Shown here piece by piece: positions 11,400 through 24,251 of a stretch of 64,000 nucleotides of DNA. The position numbers were made by a program, and so were the translations under genes. How positions within the stretch are numbered: the stretch's first letter is position 1; every line of letters starts with the position of its first letter. The notes under the pieces were generated by a model that did not search any database, was not told the DNA's origin, and saw nothing but the letters and a program-made list of their open reading frames with translations. Location: the NCBI GenBank assembly GCA_013239625.1, contig MU053881.1:10592873-10656872 (forward strand), given 5' to 3'. Source of the DNA: Lama guanicoe (Eukaryota).

Positions 11400-11563
11400 C
11401 AACTTTGACTACACAGTGGAATTGCCCGAAAAAAATTGAATAAATTATCAGTGCCAGGGTTCTGACCCCGGAGAGTTTATCATAATTGGTGTGTGACCTG
11501 GACATCATTTAAAAAAAAATTCTCCAAGGTATTTTAATGTACAGCCTCAGTTAAGAACCACTG
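11400..11563. mobile_element. MER5A-like DNA transposon fragment
   Basis: End TCTCCAAGGTATTTTAATGTACAGCCTCAGTTAAGAACCACTGG resembles the MER5A terminus. Confidence 0.65.
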
Positions 11564-13788
11564 GATTTATTCTTGTAGCACAGGACCTTGAATGTTATAA
11601 ATGCTTACTAAAGTTTGGTGAATAAATCAAGAAAAGGTTTTAAAATTTTTCAGGAGGAATGTCAACACCTTTGTTGTGTCTTTCCAAATCCTCTTTATTA
11701 AATTAGGGAATCATGTGAAAACACATTATAAATCATAAAGAAGGATAAAAAGGTATATTTTCTTCTTTATCTAATATTTTTAATAATGCGTTGAGTACAG
11801 AAAATGCTTTTAATTTCAGTAGTATTTTAAATTGAGTCTACCTGTCATGACTTTACCATATCACTTAGCTAGACTGTATCTACATGCGAAGAAAATCAGT
11901 TTCATGTGGGAAATTTCATTCCAAGGAGCAAGATAATGTTGATAGACTGTAGGTCTTTAAATAGTTTCTGTATTAAGAAACTCCCCAATAAAGTGTTGGC
12001 TGGTGTTGACTGTTCCAGTAATGGCACTGGATCATTTTAATAGTATGATGATTACAGTAAGCCTATTAGTATTTCTCAATAATTGAACTGAAGCTTACAA
12101 TAATGCAACTAATAACACTATTAAAAAGATTTAGAAGCACCGATTGTTTGGGGCTGTGTAGAGATCTCACAGGAGCGATATTCTCACTACAAACGCAGCC
12201 AGCTAGCACTGGGATTCACAACAGCAGTTAAATGCGAACTGGCCACTTGTTTCCTCGCCAATCTGATGTAGGTATAAGTCATAATAGATTCATGAGTTTT
12301 CTCACTTCACATCCTTTGCTAAGTCTCTTTTCTTGAAGGACAAAATATTTCTAGAAAGATGTCCAACACACATCAGCAAATTTGAAACAACAGCAAGAAG
12401 TTGAAAATACATGATACCCCATTTTTATTTAATACATATCGAGAGAGATGTTGATATATAAAATAATTTTTAACAGTCATTGCCCCTGGATTGTGGGATT
12501 ATGGTAAAATCAAGATTACTTTTACCTGAACATATTACTTTGTACATGTATGTATTATTTTTACCATCAACGTATAATACAGATATAAATGTAAAAATCA
12601 AATCCAGATACCACATGCTCGCCAGTAAGGTGTTTTTGATCAGCACCATGGTGTATGAAAGGCATTCCAACACACTTTTTTTTTTCTTTTTAAAGAATGT
12701 ACCCTTCTATTCTGGCCAAATATAAAATGTAAACATACAAAACAAAATAAAGAAAAATAAATAAAAAACAAATGCACACGTTCTTAATTTCAATGTGTTC
12801 TTCAAGAAAGGGTCTCTTTACTGCTGCTTCAGTTAAATATGTTTGGTGAGAAATCTTAAAAAAAAAAAATCTGAGGATGGAGGGAAAGACTCTGGTAGAA
12901 GTTATCTACTTTTAAACATAGATTCCTAATTTATCAGTGGTAAAGGAATTGTCTTCCTGGCAATTACACGTATTTTGCCTTTCACCCCCAGGAAATAACT
13001 TATTTACATTGTCAACCTGGAATATCATGCAATATGTTTCTTTTCATTTTTTTTTAATATTGTGCTGCATGTCATCATTAGCCTTCACTATTTTCCTTTG
13101 ATGTATCTTTAGAAAATAAAAGATTATGACTACGAATGCTTTAAAAAAAATGTTCCATGCTTTCAGGCTATTCGCTTTGCCCATAATTTTGGCAATAAAG
13201 AGAGATAAAATGTGCCCGTCTATTATAACATTATTATTAATGTCACAGAATTTCTCTGCCAGTTCTTCCACCAGCCATGAATCTAGCTAATTACGTGTTC
13301 ATATTTCCATCACTACCTTCCCTGATCACCGCTGCTAATTTTGATATTTCTTCACATCTCTGCTTCACTTATTCATTCACTCATTTGTTCATCTTTTATT
13401 GAGTACTTGTTCATATTAATGTCCTGCATTTTGATCTGTATAGCATTTTTTTTCTATCACATAAGTGGTATTTATCATGAACCGGCATAATTCTCAAAAT
13501 GGACCATTTATAAAAGAATCACCAGTGACTCTGATGCCAGTGGTTGGAAGAACATACTCTAAGGGACCTTTACATATGACTTATTTTAATTACAATTTCA
13601 TAAGACTTTTTCTTGGCTCAACCAAATTGTCATTTCTATTATTTATGACAAGAATGCACCTTAGGTGTCTTAGCGTCCTTTTAGTACCTTGGCAACATCC
13701 TCTACCCACCATAGGTATTCAGTAAATATTTGATTCACAGGTAAATTACGCACTTCGTAAATGCGTATCAAGAAAATAAAGTTTCTTA

Positions 13789-14880
13789 CTTACAAGCTTC
13801 TGCACAGCAAAGGAAACCATAAGTGAAACAAAAGACAACCTACGGAATGGGAAAAAATTTTTGCAAATGAAACTGACAAAGGCTTGATCTCCAGAATATA
13901 TAAACAGCTCATATGACTCAATAAGAAAAAAATAAACAACCCAATCCAAAAATGGGCAAAACACCTAAACAAGCAATTCTCCAAGGAACACATACAAATG
14001 ATCAATAGACACATGAAAAAATGCTTAATATCACTAATTATCAGAGAAACGCAAATCAAAACTACAATGAGGTATCACCTCACACCAGTCAGAATGGCCA
14101 TCATTCAAAAATCCACAAATGACAAATGCTGGAGAGGCTGTGGAGAAAAGGGAACCCTCCTTCACTGCTGGTGGGAATGCAGTTTGGTGCAGCCACTGTG
14201 GAAAACAGTATGGAGATTCCTCAAAAGACTAGGAATAGACTTACCATATGACCCAGGAATCCTGCTCCTGGGCATATGTTCAGAAGGAACCCTACTTCAA
14301 AATGACACCTGCACCCCAGTGTTCATAGCAGCACTATTTACAATAGCCAAGACATGGAAACAGCCTAAATGTCCATCAACAGATGACTGGATAAAGAAGA
14401 TGTGGGATATTTATACCATGGAATACTACTCAGCCATAAAAACTGACAACATAACGCCATTTGCAGCAACATGGATGCTCCTGGAGAATGTCATTCTAAG
14501 TGAAGTAAGCCAGAAAGAGAAAGAAAAATACCATATGGGATCGCTCATATGTGGAATCTAAAAAACAAACAAATAAACAAACAAAGCATAAATACAAAAC
14601 AGAAATAGACTCACAGACATAGAATATAAACTTGTGGTTGCCAAGGGAGGGGTGGGAAGAGATAGACTGGGATTTCAAAACTGTAGAATAGATAAACAAG
14701 ATTATACTGTATAGCACAGGGAAATATATACAAGATCTTATGGTAGCTCACAGAGAAAAAAATGTGACAATGAATATATATATGTTCATGTATAACTGAA
14801 AAATTGTGCTCTACACTGGAATTTGACACAACATTGTAAAATGATTATAAATCAAAAAAAATGTTAAAAGAAAAAAAAAA
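13789..14880 (+). mobile_element. Young 5'-truncated camelid L1 (~1.1 kb: ORF2 3' part, 3' UTR, poly(A))
   Basis: Clear L1 ORF2 translation, 3' UTR and A tail; TSD AGAAAA(T/G)AAAGTTTCTTA at 13771-13788 and 14881-14898. Confidence 0.95.
13998..14561 (+). pseudogene. L1 ORF2p C-terminal (cysteine-rich) fragment, 187 aa open frame; not a host gene
   Basis: [11 protein letters not shown]...[18 protein letters not shown]...WKQPKCPS...[10 protein letters not shown]; in-frame TGA upstream at 13914-13916; EN and RT domains absent. Confidence 0.92.
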
Positions 14881-16124
14881 AGAAAAGAAAGTTTCTTATT
14901 ATCCATCAAGACTATGAGTGGGGGAGACCCTCCTCTGGAGAAAAGCATTTTGCACCTTGCAAAAGAACAGGGACAACACAGGCCTGGAGGGGTCAAGTTC
15001 ACAGTCTAGTTACAAGATATTAAGAAAGGACCCACCTTTCTGATGCCTCCATGTATAAAACAGATCCCATCATCTGACCTGACTCAATTCAGGAGGCTGG
15101 GTTTGCGTATTTTCTGAAGTTCCTTCCTATTCTTAGATACCAGACTCTACAGATCCCTTTTGGTAATAGGAACGCATCAGACTCCTTATGTGCAATTGGC
15201 AATTGTGTTTCATCTTTATCCTGCCCGTATGTAGTAGTGGAATATTTTCTCCCTGAAAGAGGCAGTGTATCAAAAAAAAAAAAAAGAAAAAGAAAAGGCA
15301 GTCTAATAAATCTGTAGGCAAGATGCCACTGAACTAAAGATAAAGAATTCCTTAATGATCCTAATCAAGAGAGCTTATCTGTGATGTTCACTGAACTTTA
15401 ATCTAAAGGCCATAATTGAAAGCTGAAAATATGATGAGTGGGGAAGGTTCTCATCCTGATTAATCCTGAAGCCACAACGGCCGGTACAACAGTCTGCTCG
15501 ATTCAATTTTGAGCTTTCTGCCTCAACAGATAATTTGACCTGGTCCAAGACAGGCCACAAGAGGAGCTAGGCTGTAAACATTTTTGACATTTTCTAGAAA
15601 GCGTCAATTATTTTCTTGTAAATATTAGGGGCATTTCATGTGCGTGTAGTGGGAATGATGTGCGTGTACTGTTTTCTTCAACACAAGAGTGCTATTAAAT
15701 GTGTCTGACACGTGAAAGACAGAGACTCAATGAGAGTAAGTACATTGTGCAAATTCTTACGTCGCCTGCAGCTTTTCCAATGGCAGAGTTGACATCAAAC
15801 CTCAGTTCCTGTGATTGTTTACTTGCCCATGACTGCAGATCCATGCTCCTGTTTTCTCTGAATTGGGTGCCATGTTAGAACAAAATAAATAATGCCTACA
15901 CTTCGTTGTTTTTGAAACTGAAATAGATCATTTATTTGTTATGTCGTATCTGTCCCTTACGGGTATGTAGCCCTTCGTTTACCATTCACTTTGCATATTC
16001 TATCTTATTTGATTATCATAACAATATGGAATATACGGAGGAGAGATTTTATTTATAAAAGTGAGAAAATTAACCCAACGCCATGGCTTCTCTAAGCCTT
16101 AAAGTCCTGAAAGCCAGTAAGTAA

Positions 16125-16740
16125 ACTTAGTTTTCTACTGTGTGCAGGAAATTACCATAAATGTTAATAGCTTAAAACAACACCTACTTCTTAGCTCATA
16201 GGTCTGGGGTTCAGAAGTCAGGGCACAGAGTAACTGGGTTGAGTCTCCCAAGACTGAAGCCAAGGCGTCAGTGGGGCTGCATGCCTTTCTGCAGGCTCCC
16301 GGGAGGAATCTGGTTTGAAGTGCACTTGGCCAAACTCAGTTCTTCCGGGTGCAGACCTGAGGTTCAGTTCCCTGTGGCTGGGGAACTGAGGACTCCATGT
16401 CCTTGCCGGCAGCCATCCTATGGCCTCTCACAGCTCCTGGAGACCACCTGCATTTGTTGCCAGGTGACCTTTTCATCGTCAGCCAGCAACTTGAGAACTT
16501 GTTCCAACAAAACCCCCTTGTGATTCCAATCGCTCACTTCCTCCACGGCTGATCTCTGGACCCGGATTTTAAGGGTTTATGAGATTAGGCCAGGCCCTCT
16601 TGGATAATTTTCCTGTCTTAAAATCAGCTGTGCAACAAATATAATCTAATCACTGGAGCAAAATACGTCACAATCAGAGTCTCTGGGATTATTCATCGGA
16701 GGCAGGGAATCGATGGGCCCTTCTTAGAACTCTGTCTATA
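16125..16740 (-). mobile_element. MaLR LTR (MLT1 family)
   Basis: TTAGTTTTCTACTG...AATTACCATAAATGTTAATAGCTTAAAACAACAC...TTTAAGGGTTTATGAGATTAGG...TTAGAACTCTGTCTA. Confidence 0.75.
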
Positions 16741-16779
16741 CTAAGTACCCAGGTATTTTTGGTAAAACGGGCATCTTGG

Positions 16780-17300
16780 AGCTGTCATTTACTCACCCCA
16801 GTGAGAAGGTTTGCACTTCTACAAGCTACTGCCATTAGGTTTGGCCATGCCACTCCTTTGGCCAAGGATCTAAGAAACTTTGAAAGACCTTAAGTGTTTT
16901 TCCAGAGTTCTTTTATCCCTACCACAAGGCCACCATATCCCAGATAGGAGCTGCTGCTTCATCACGGGTCCTGGACTAAACAAGACTTATGGAAAATGTT
17001 GACAGTAGTTCTGCAGCATCTATTATGGGAAGAAGAAATGGACCATCTCTGTTGTTGGCTACTGATAACTTGGAGGCATTTGTCACCTCAGCACAGCCTT
17101 GTTTAAAGGTAACTAATATAGACATTGGAGCCCAAAAGTGATACAGCTATAAATAACAAGGACATGTATATAAATAACGTAAAATTTGGCATTGGCTGTG
17201 TAGCCAGCTGGCAGGTGGCAAGGAAACTCAACAAATATAGGAGGCTAGAAAGATGGTGAAAATGCTATCTAATTGTGAAACCAAAAGAAATCTGAGCGAT
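16780..17300 (+). mobile_element. Old MaLR LTR (MLT1) with start of internal sequence
   Basis: TTGGCCATGCCACTCCTTTGGCCAA...GCATTTGTCACCTCAGCACAGCC...ACTAATATAGA followed by MLT-int-like sequence. Confidence 0.55.
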
Positions 17301-18235
17301 ATGGATTAATCATATATATATTTTTGAGTCCCAGTTTTTCCATCTATAGCATGGGATACTATTTCTATTTTACTTCTAGAGTTATAAAGGGTTTTTTTTT
17401 AATGTGCAAATATAGCTTTACTTTTTCAGTTCCTGAAGTATGTCTCTCGAATTAGAAGCAGGAAAAATGATAAATTTTTTCTAAACCATAATAAGCTTAA
17501 GAACAGAAACAATAATGATAACACCTTATGATTATATTATATAAGTTATTATACAACAGACACTTAGCTAAACAATTTTTCAACAAGTATGTCGAACACA
17601 GTAGATTTGCAAATAAAGAACTCTCAAAGGGAACTTCAAAAGTGAAGATAAAATAATCATTATTTTTGAGAATACAACTCATGATTTAGAGCCATAATGG
17701 TGATATTTGGAGTGGCATATAACCCGCAAAATCATAGGCTTTGAGGACAGACCCCTGGAACACTGTCTTGAACGCTCACGTTCCTTCCTCACCCTGACCG
17801 TCAGAAACTTTAGTTCTGGTGATTTCTCTCTGCCACCAATGGTCTCTATTCTATGCATCTCTTTTTGTTAAAATCTAAGGCGTCCCCTGACACTCATTTC
17901 TAAAGCTGCCTCCTGCTACATCTCTTTGAGCTCCCACAGGACTTGGAACGTCACTTCTGGCATTTAAGGCCCTTGGGTAAGTGGAATAGAAGGAGGACCT
18001 GGGAGTCACACTGTGGCCAGTACCTCTCTTCCCCGTTACTAGCCGTGTGATTGTGTGTCCCATCTTCAAGATGATTTTAAGACTTTCCAAGACTACCCCT
18101 GCATCCCAAAGTCAGAATACCAAGTTAGCCCAACACCTCCAACTCACAACCTCAGGTCTGAAATGCCTGACACCTTCTCATCCATCTCCCTACTTGATTC
18201 TGAATCCACAGCCTTTCTCCTAGTTTGGCTTCATT

Positions 18236-18449
18236 CTTTTTTTTTTTAATTGAAATATAGTTGATTTACAATGTTGTGCTACCTTCCAGTGTACAGCATA
18301 GTGATTCTGTTATACATATAGATGTAATTTTTCATATTCTTTTCCATTATAGGTCATTACAAGGTATTGAATATAGTTCCCTGTGCTGTACAGTAGGACC
18401 TTGTTGTGTATCTATTCTGTATACAGTAGTTTGTATCTGCCAGTCCCAA
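18236..18449 (-). mobile_element. 5'-truncated L1 3' UTR
   Basis: Poly(T)-AATTGAAATATAGTTGATTTACAATGTTGTG...AATATAGTTCCCTGTGCTGTACAGTAGGACCTTGTTG. Confidence 0.88.
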
Positions 18450-18639
18450 GCCATCTTGTTCTGTAGGCATGATGCATGGCCTCAGGGGGCACCCCTTCAT
18501 CCTTTCCTCCGTGACTCATACTAGAATCACTCACCAGCCACCAGCCCTGCTTTTTCAGAACCTACATAGACATCTTGCTCGGTCTCACCCAGATTTCCCT
18601 CCCATAGGTGGCCCTTATTCAACACACACCATCTGGAAT

Positions 18640-18800
18640 GGAAACTTGGTCAAGATAATGACTTCTTTTGAGTCTCAGTTTCTTCAATGCTTAAGTGTAT
18701 AAAATGCTTTGTAGTGTGATTTTTGAGGATACTATAAGATAGTGCATGTCAAGCTCTTACCTCGGTGTGCTTTGCATATAAGTGCTCATTAAATATGAGC
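18640..18800 (+). mobile_element. MIR fragment
   Basis: CTTGGTCAAGATAATGACTTCTTTTGAGTCTCAGTTTCTTCA...TGAGGATACTATAAGATA...GTGCTCATTAAATATGAGC. Confidence 0.65.
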
Positions 18801-19402
18801 TCTTTTTCCCCTGTTCTCAATCTAGACTGTAGGAAAGGCATGTGTTTTTCTCTTACCCCACGGAATGACATTAAGTGCCTGTAGAGTAGGCTCCAGGTTT
18901 TATTGACCTTAGCATCTGCTACCGGGTTTTGACTGGTGTTTTGTATTATTGACTTCAATCTACTAGCGTACATACTGTACATTTAGTAGCACAAGTGAGT
19001 GTAAGGAAGCATAAGGCCTGGCCTGTGCTTGTCTTAGAAGTTACAGTCCACTGGGATCTTGAATTGTTACAAACAAAGCAAAAATGACTACTTTAAGAAA
19101 ATGGGTTTAAGGGACATTTTTGAACTACAGAGAAATGTGGCCATTCAGGACATAATGCTATAATAATGATTAAGATGATCCTAAAAGCTTAAATAGATCG
19201 GTAAGAGCACTGGTCAGAACCTATAGGAATTTCAGACAAAATACAAACTTACACCAAAAATAAGAAAGTGCCATATTTATTTGCTTAATATAATGAAAAA
19301 AATTAGGTCTCTGTTTTAGGCACAGCTGGATCCAGGATCTCAATCTTACCTAATGGATAAGATTTCTCATGTCTCTGCTTGCCCCGGCCCCTGTTGAATG
19401 TA

Positions 19403-19697
19403 CAGTCCTTTGGTATCTGCAGGGGATTGGTTCCAGGACCCTTGAAGATGCCAAAATCCAAGGATGCTCAAGTCCCTTATATAAAATGGCATAGTGTCGG
19501 CATATAATCTATGCATATCCTCCTGTACGTATACTTTAATACTCTCTATGTTACTTATAACACCTCATACAATTGCCAATGTGCAGCAAATTCAAGTTTT
19601 TCTTTTTGGAACTTTCAGCATTCTTTCCCCAAATATTTTCAATCTGTAATTGGTTGAATCCATGGATCTGGAACCCAGAGATACAGAGGAGCCGACT
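19403..19697. mobile_element. MER2-like (TcMar-Tigger) DNA transposon, apparently inserted in an older MaLR-like remnant
   Basis: TA-CAGTCCTTTGGTATCTGCAGGGGATTGGTTCCAGGACC...GGATGCTCAAGTCCCTTATATAAAATGG...TTGGTTGAATCCATGGAT...GAGCCGACT. Confidence 0.85.
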
Positions 19698-20159
19698 CTT
19701 ATTGTCAGAGGATATTCCGTAAGTCAAGAAAGATGGCTCTAAGTTAAGCTGTCTTACTGGAAAGAAAAAGTCTTTCTGATGATTGTCAACCTCTTGAGGA
19801 GGACCCTGACAGAGTCTCATGCACATCTCTGAAAAAATTAGTCTGGTCAGAGGGAGGAGGCGTTCTGAGGGACCACAGGACCAGAAGAGTCTGTTTGGGA
19901 AAAGGTGCTGGAGGATCTGAGAAGCCAAAGCTGGTAGCTTACTATTATTTAAGTCTAGGTCTTATGTCACATCTTAAAAGAACGAGCAGCAATGACAGTG
20001 GAGTGTTTTGGATGGGAAAAACAATGAAAAGGCAGAAGGAGAGGAAAGCAAATGTGACCTATTTATGAACTAGTAAGCTGATTATATTGAATGGCAAGTT
20101 TAGGATAACTTAGTCTTTTTACTAACAACTGAGCCAAGGATTTGGAAATAGGTAAAACT

Positions 20160-20375
20160 TGGTTAAAGAATCCCAACTTTACTATCTGTTTACTATCAGT
20201 CATTGGACAAGATACAGTCCTAGTCAGACATTCAGCCTCTTGATCTGTGAAATGGGGATAATATCATGTATATCACAGCGTGATTCTAGTAATAAAGGAG
20301 ATAATGTAGCTAAAGCTTCTGATGAAATTCTGCCTATTTAGCCACAGTAGTAAAATTAATCTTCAGTAGTCTTAT
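20160..20375 (+). mobile_element. MIR SINE
   Basis: GAATCCCAACTTTACTA...TGATCTGTGAAATGGGGATAATA...AAAGGAGATAATGTAGCTAAAGC. Confidence 0.65.
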
Positions 20376-22759
20376 TATGGTAACGATTGGAATCAGGTAC
20401 TGAAATGTCATCTCTGGTTAAGATATCAACCCCCTCCTCTGTTAGAGATGGTCACAGAGCTTCTTTTCCTCGGCTGCCCGGGTACCACTCAGCTGGGAGG
20501 TCACCCTGAGTTAACACCAACATCCTTTTGCCTTAAGTAGCAAAAGAGAGTTTGGGAAGGCAGAGAACAGAGAAGGAAAGGCAGTTTATAATCCGCAACT
20601 CAGAATTGTGTTTTTCCTCAGAATAACTTTAATCATAATCTCTCCTGGCTTTCAGTCGATAGAGAAATTGAGAAAAAAGAAGGAATGGGTATATTATTTA
20701 GTGAATCCTATTTGCCACTGCTTTCACAGATCACCATATGTTCATATATATAAAACCTATTTTAAGCTCAATTTTTTTTGCACATGTGCCCCCCAATTAT
20801 TTCCACCTTATAGATCTATATGGCAACACTAGAAATTGAGTTTTAACCTCTTCGAGGGTATAGCTTTCAACCTTTTACTGCTCTAAGCCTAATTTGTGTA
20901 TTTTATTTTTATTTTTCACAATTTTCTTACTGGTGGCTTTTGGAATATTATTTTCAAGCAAACCTGGACTGATTCTCCCTGCTAACTATTCTTATACCGT
21001 ATGTATAGTGAATAAATAGGGAAGAATCTGAAAAGAATTATCAACTTGAAAAAACACAGGTAACATTTAAAACGATTGTGAAACAGCAAATGGAGCTGTG
21101 ATTTAATGACTGGCTATTCTTTTCAACACTGTGCAATGTGGGTAGGAGAAACAGCTTAACCCTTTAAGTAAATTCTTATCTATTACCAGCCCAAGCTTAA
21201 ATTTGAATTTTCTTTTATTTTCATTAATTTCTAGAACATATATTCCTCTCAAATTAGTTTATCTAGAATGTATATACTTCTCAAATTAGCTTACCGAGTG
21301 TCCTCTTTAAATACAGGGAAGAGAAGAAATAAACTGTAGTCAGTACATTGTTTGTATTGGAGGCCTCCAAAACATGGATTTATGGACATTCTGAACCCAG
21401 AACAACAGTTAACATTGTTTAGAATTTGACTTCATCTTTAAAACCTGGATTTGTCCCTTTCAAGAATCCTAGAATCATGAAGGTATTTAGCAGTCCAGTG
21501 TTTAAATTGTCTCCACTGCAACTGAATCAAATTCTATTCAAGAGGAAAGAGGAGATCAACCTTTTTTTTATTACTATTGCTGGTAAAATTGTCAAATTTT
21601 CCCCTAATAATCTATGCTGGTTTAATTTAAATCTCATAAACATGAAGCTCACTAAGTCAGACACCCCAAATGCAAGCCCAGATCGTGTTCATTTCAGTAG
21701 GTCACAAAATCTCATTCTGGAAGACACGCATCGTCTGCGATAATGCCTTGATTAAAGTGACCTGAGAGAGGCCAGTGTGCATTTGGGCTTTGGAAATGAG
21801 CTTATCGTTACTTCCGAAGAAGTGAAGCAATCAAGAGTTTCACCACTTCTTCTCCCTCCCACAGATCTTTGGAGGGGAAATCGTGGTTCGTGGATATTCA
21901 CATTTAAAGAGAAATGGCTGGAGACAACGGTCACCAGAAGAGCGGAACTGTATCCCAGCCAACTTTTCCTGCATCTAAATAGCAAGCTTAAAACGATTAA
22001 GCTTATATTAAGATATTTATGTGAAGATGGCAGTATTTCACGACCCACGTGTCTATTACCTCTTTTAACTTCCTCAAGGAGTAGGAGAGTGGAGAAACCA
22101 AGGCACAAGTAAGCTTGTCCATCACACAAGCTTCCCCAGATTCCCAATCATCCCATGAGACACACTCTATTTCAAATGGTACGTGCAGGACACTCGGGTC
22201 CTGGGTTCCCTGCACGTGCTAACATTGCCCAGTGGCCTAACAGTCACGGGTGGACCAGGAGGCATTCAAGTCCTCTTTTGACAGCGATTGCTATAAATGG
22301 TAAGAGGCACAAGAACACGAATGCCGGGTCTGCAAACTCTGCTTCGCTAGGATGTGGATTTAACAAGGGCACTGACCACACACTGAAGCGATGCTTGGCA
22401 CCGAGTGTGCACTCCATAAATATTTGCTAAATGCTTCAAGAAAAGCTCTGCTTTTACACGTTGCACATATAGCCTCAGATCTCATCACCTCTGGCAGTGC
22501 CTGAGCCCCTTTCTACCCTAGTTTCTTTATCCAGTAGGTCTGAATGCAACTGTGTGATTTTCCGAGAGTGCATGCAGAATATTACACATCAAGTCAGAAG
22601 ATGGAAACAAGGTTAATTATGAATGAGCGTTGGTGAAGGACAACAACACAAGAAGCTACAAGCCGAGTGACATTTTAAACGGGCTCCTTGATTCCAATGT
22701 CTTTACGTAGAAGGGGTGGAAAGAGATATCACTTCTAAGCCCTTAACGCAGCGCTACTT

Positions 22760-23600
22760 AAACAACCGCCTTTGAAAGGCTGACAATAGATTTCAGCTCT
22801 ACCCCTGCGACAACATCACAATGTCACACACACACACACACACACACATACACAAAGCCGAAGACCCCACTGAAATATCTGCATCTGAGATGTCTTCTAA
22901 AAAGCAACGTGAGCACAAAAGATGCCACTGCCGCTCGAGCGCATAGGTCTTTGATGTTCCCTCATTTTTACATCATAGAAGGAGCTCAAAGGGTTAATGA
23001 AAATTTAATGATATCGGCAGTACTTTGAAAAAGTTATGAACTTGGGCGAGATCAATCACTTTCTTGGACTGCCTGACTTCAAAGCCCACATTATGCAAAA
23101 GGAGAAGGGGGTGGGAACTGCTCCCATTCTGAACTGAATTCATAAGCGAGGACTTTCTCATTAGTGGTCCGTGCATGGAGGAGATTCCAAGTTCAAACTA
23201 GAAAGGGGTGAGATGCCAGAAAGCGGTTAATCAGAACGTTAAGCCTTTGATGCCGATCGCACCCATGTCTGAATGAACACGTTCCCGGAAACATCGAAAC
23301 TTGGGGAATTTAGGGTGAAGGGGGATAAACAGCTTTTTCTCTTCTTTTCTTTTCTTTTCTTTAGTTCTGCTTTTGGAATCACATTTTGCTTGGCTGGATT
23401 TAGCGAAAGAAGAAACAAAGAAAACCAAGCTAATTAACTTGTTTACAGATTCTCAGTGACATTCTATAGGATGACATTTAAAACAACGAATTTAACGTCT
23501 GTCAAAATGTAAACTTTTGGCTGTCTCTTAGGTCTTTTCTTCTATTTGTGTCATCCTCGCCTGAGTTCCCTAACTATGATTTCACTGTCCCTTTGAAATC
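22760..23600. promoter_or_regulatory. Candidate enhancer with clustered TCF/LEF motifs
   Basis: Six CTTTGAW sites plus one CTTTGAG site in ~830 bp of non-repeat, CpG-retaining sequence; function inferred only. Confidence 0.45.
22825..22854. repeat. (CA)n microsatellite
   Basis: About 15 CA units with one TA interruption. Confidence 0.95.
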
Positions 23601-24251
23601 CATTCATTTCTAAGTAAAAAGGGTGATGTTTCACCCAAGGGAAATAATGTGTTCAGACACGTTGTTATGCTTCACTTGTAGTTAGAGCTTGAGGTGGATA
23701 TGGTCATTTTGGCACAAGTTATCAATGTAATAGAAACAAATGTTTCAAAACAATTATGAATTGTCACTGAAAGCCAGAAAAAGCTCCCAACCTGGCCCTG
23801 AAAAGACCAAAGCCAATCAAATGTGATTATTAGGTTACCTCTTGCCTTAACATGTGGGCGGCAAAGGCTTGTAGCGAAAGAAGAAGGGAAAATCAGCCAC
23901 ATCATATATATTTGGAGGTAAAATTTAGATCAAACACCCATTCATGAAAGATTGAGAAAAAAGAAAAAGACTTGTATATACTCTTATCTGTCACACTGTT
24001 AATAGAAAAATCAAATCATAGAAGAGTCCAATTTGGGAAAAGCTGAAAATATGCTGGACTGCCTCCAGTACATCTTTCCCTCCAGATCTCGCTTTCAAGT
24101 CAGAAGGATGGATTTCTCTGAGCTCCCGAAAGGTAAATGGGCTGCTGGATTCTGTTGGAGACTCACATCATGATTATGAATCGGTTCCAGGGAAGGGCTT
24201 GGTGCACTGAGATTTGCACGTACTCAGGAAATCATCTTACCCTTATGACAA

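Noticed and set aside
12044..12126. Box C/D snoRNA candidate (ATGATGA next to a terminal stem)
   Set aside because: No box D CTGA adjacent to the 3' stem arm; kept only as part of the hairpin finding
13746..14829. Minus-strand hydrophobic ORFs
   Set aside because: Typical antisense translations of L1
21426..22430. Cluster of 70-131 aa ORFs on both strands
   Set aside because: No recognisable domains or consistent splice structure; lengths compatible with chance
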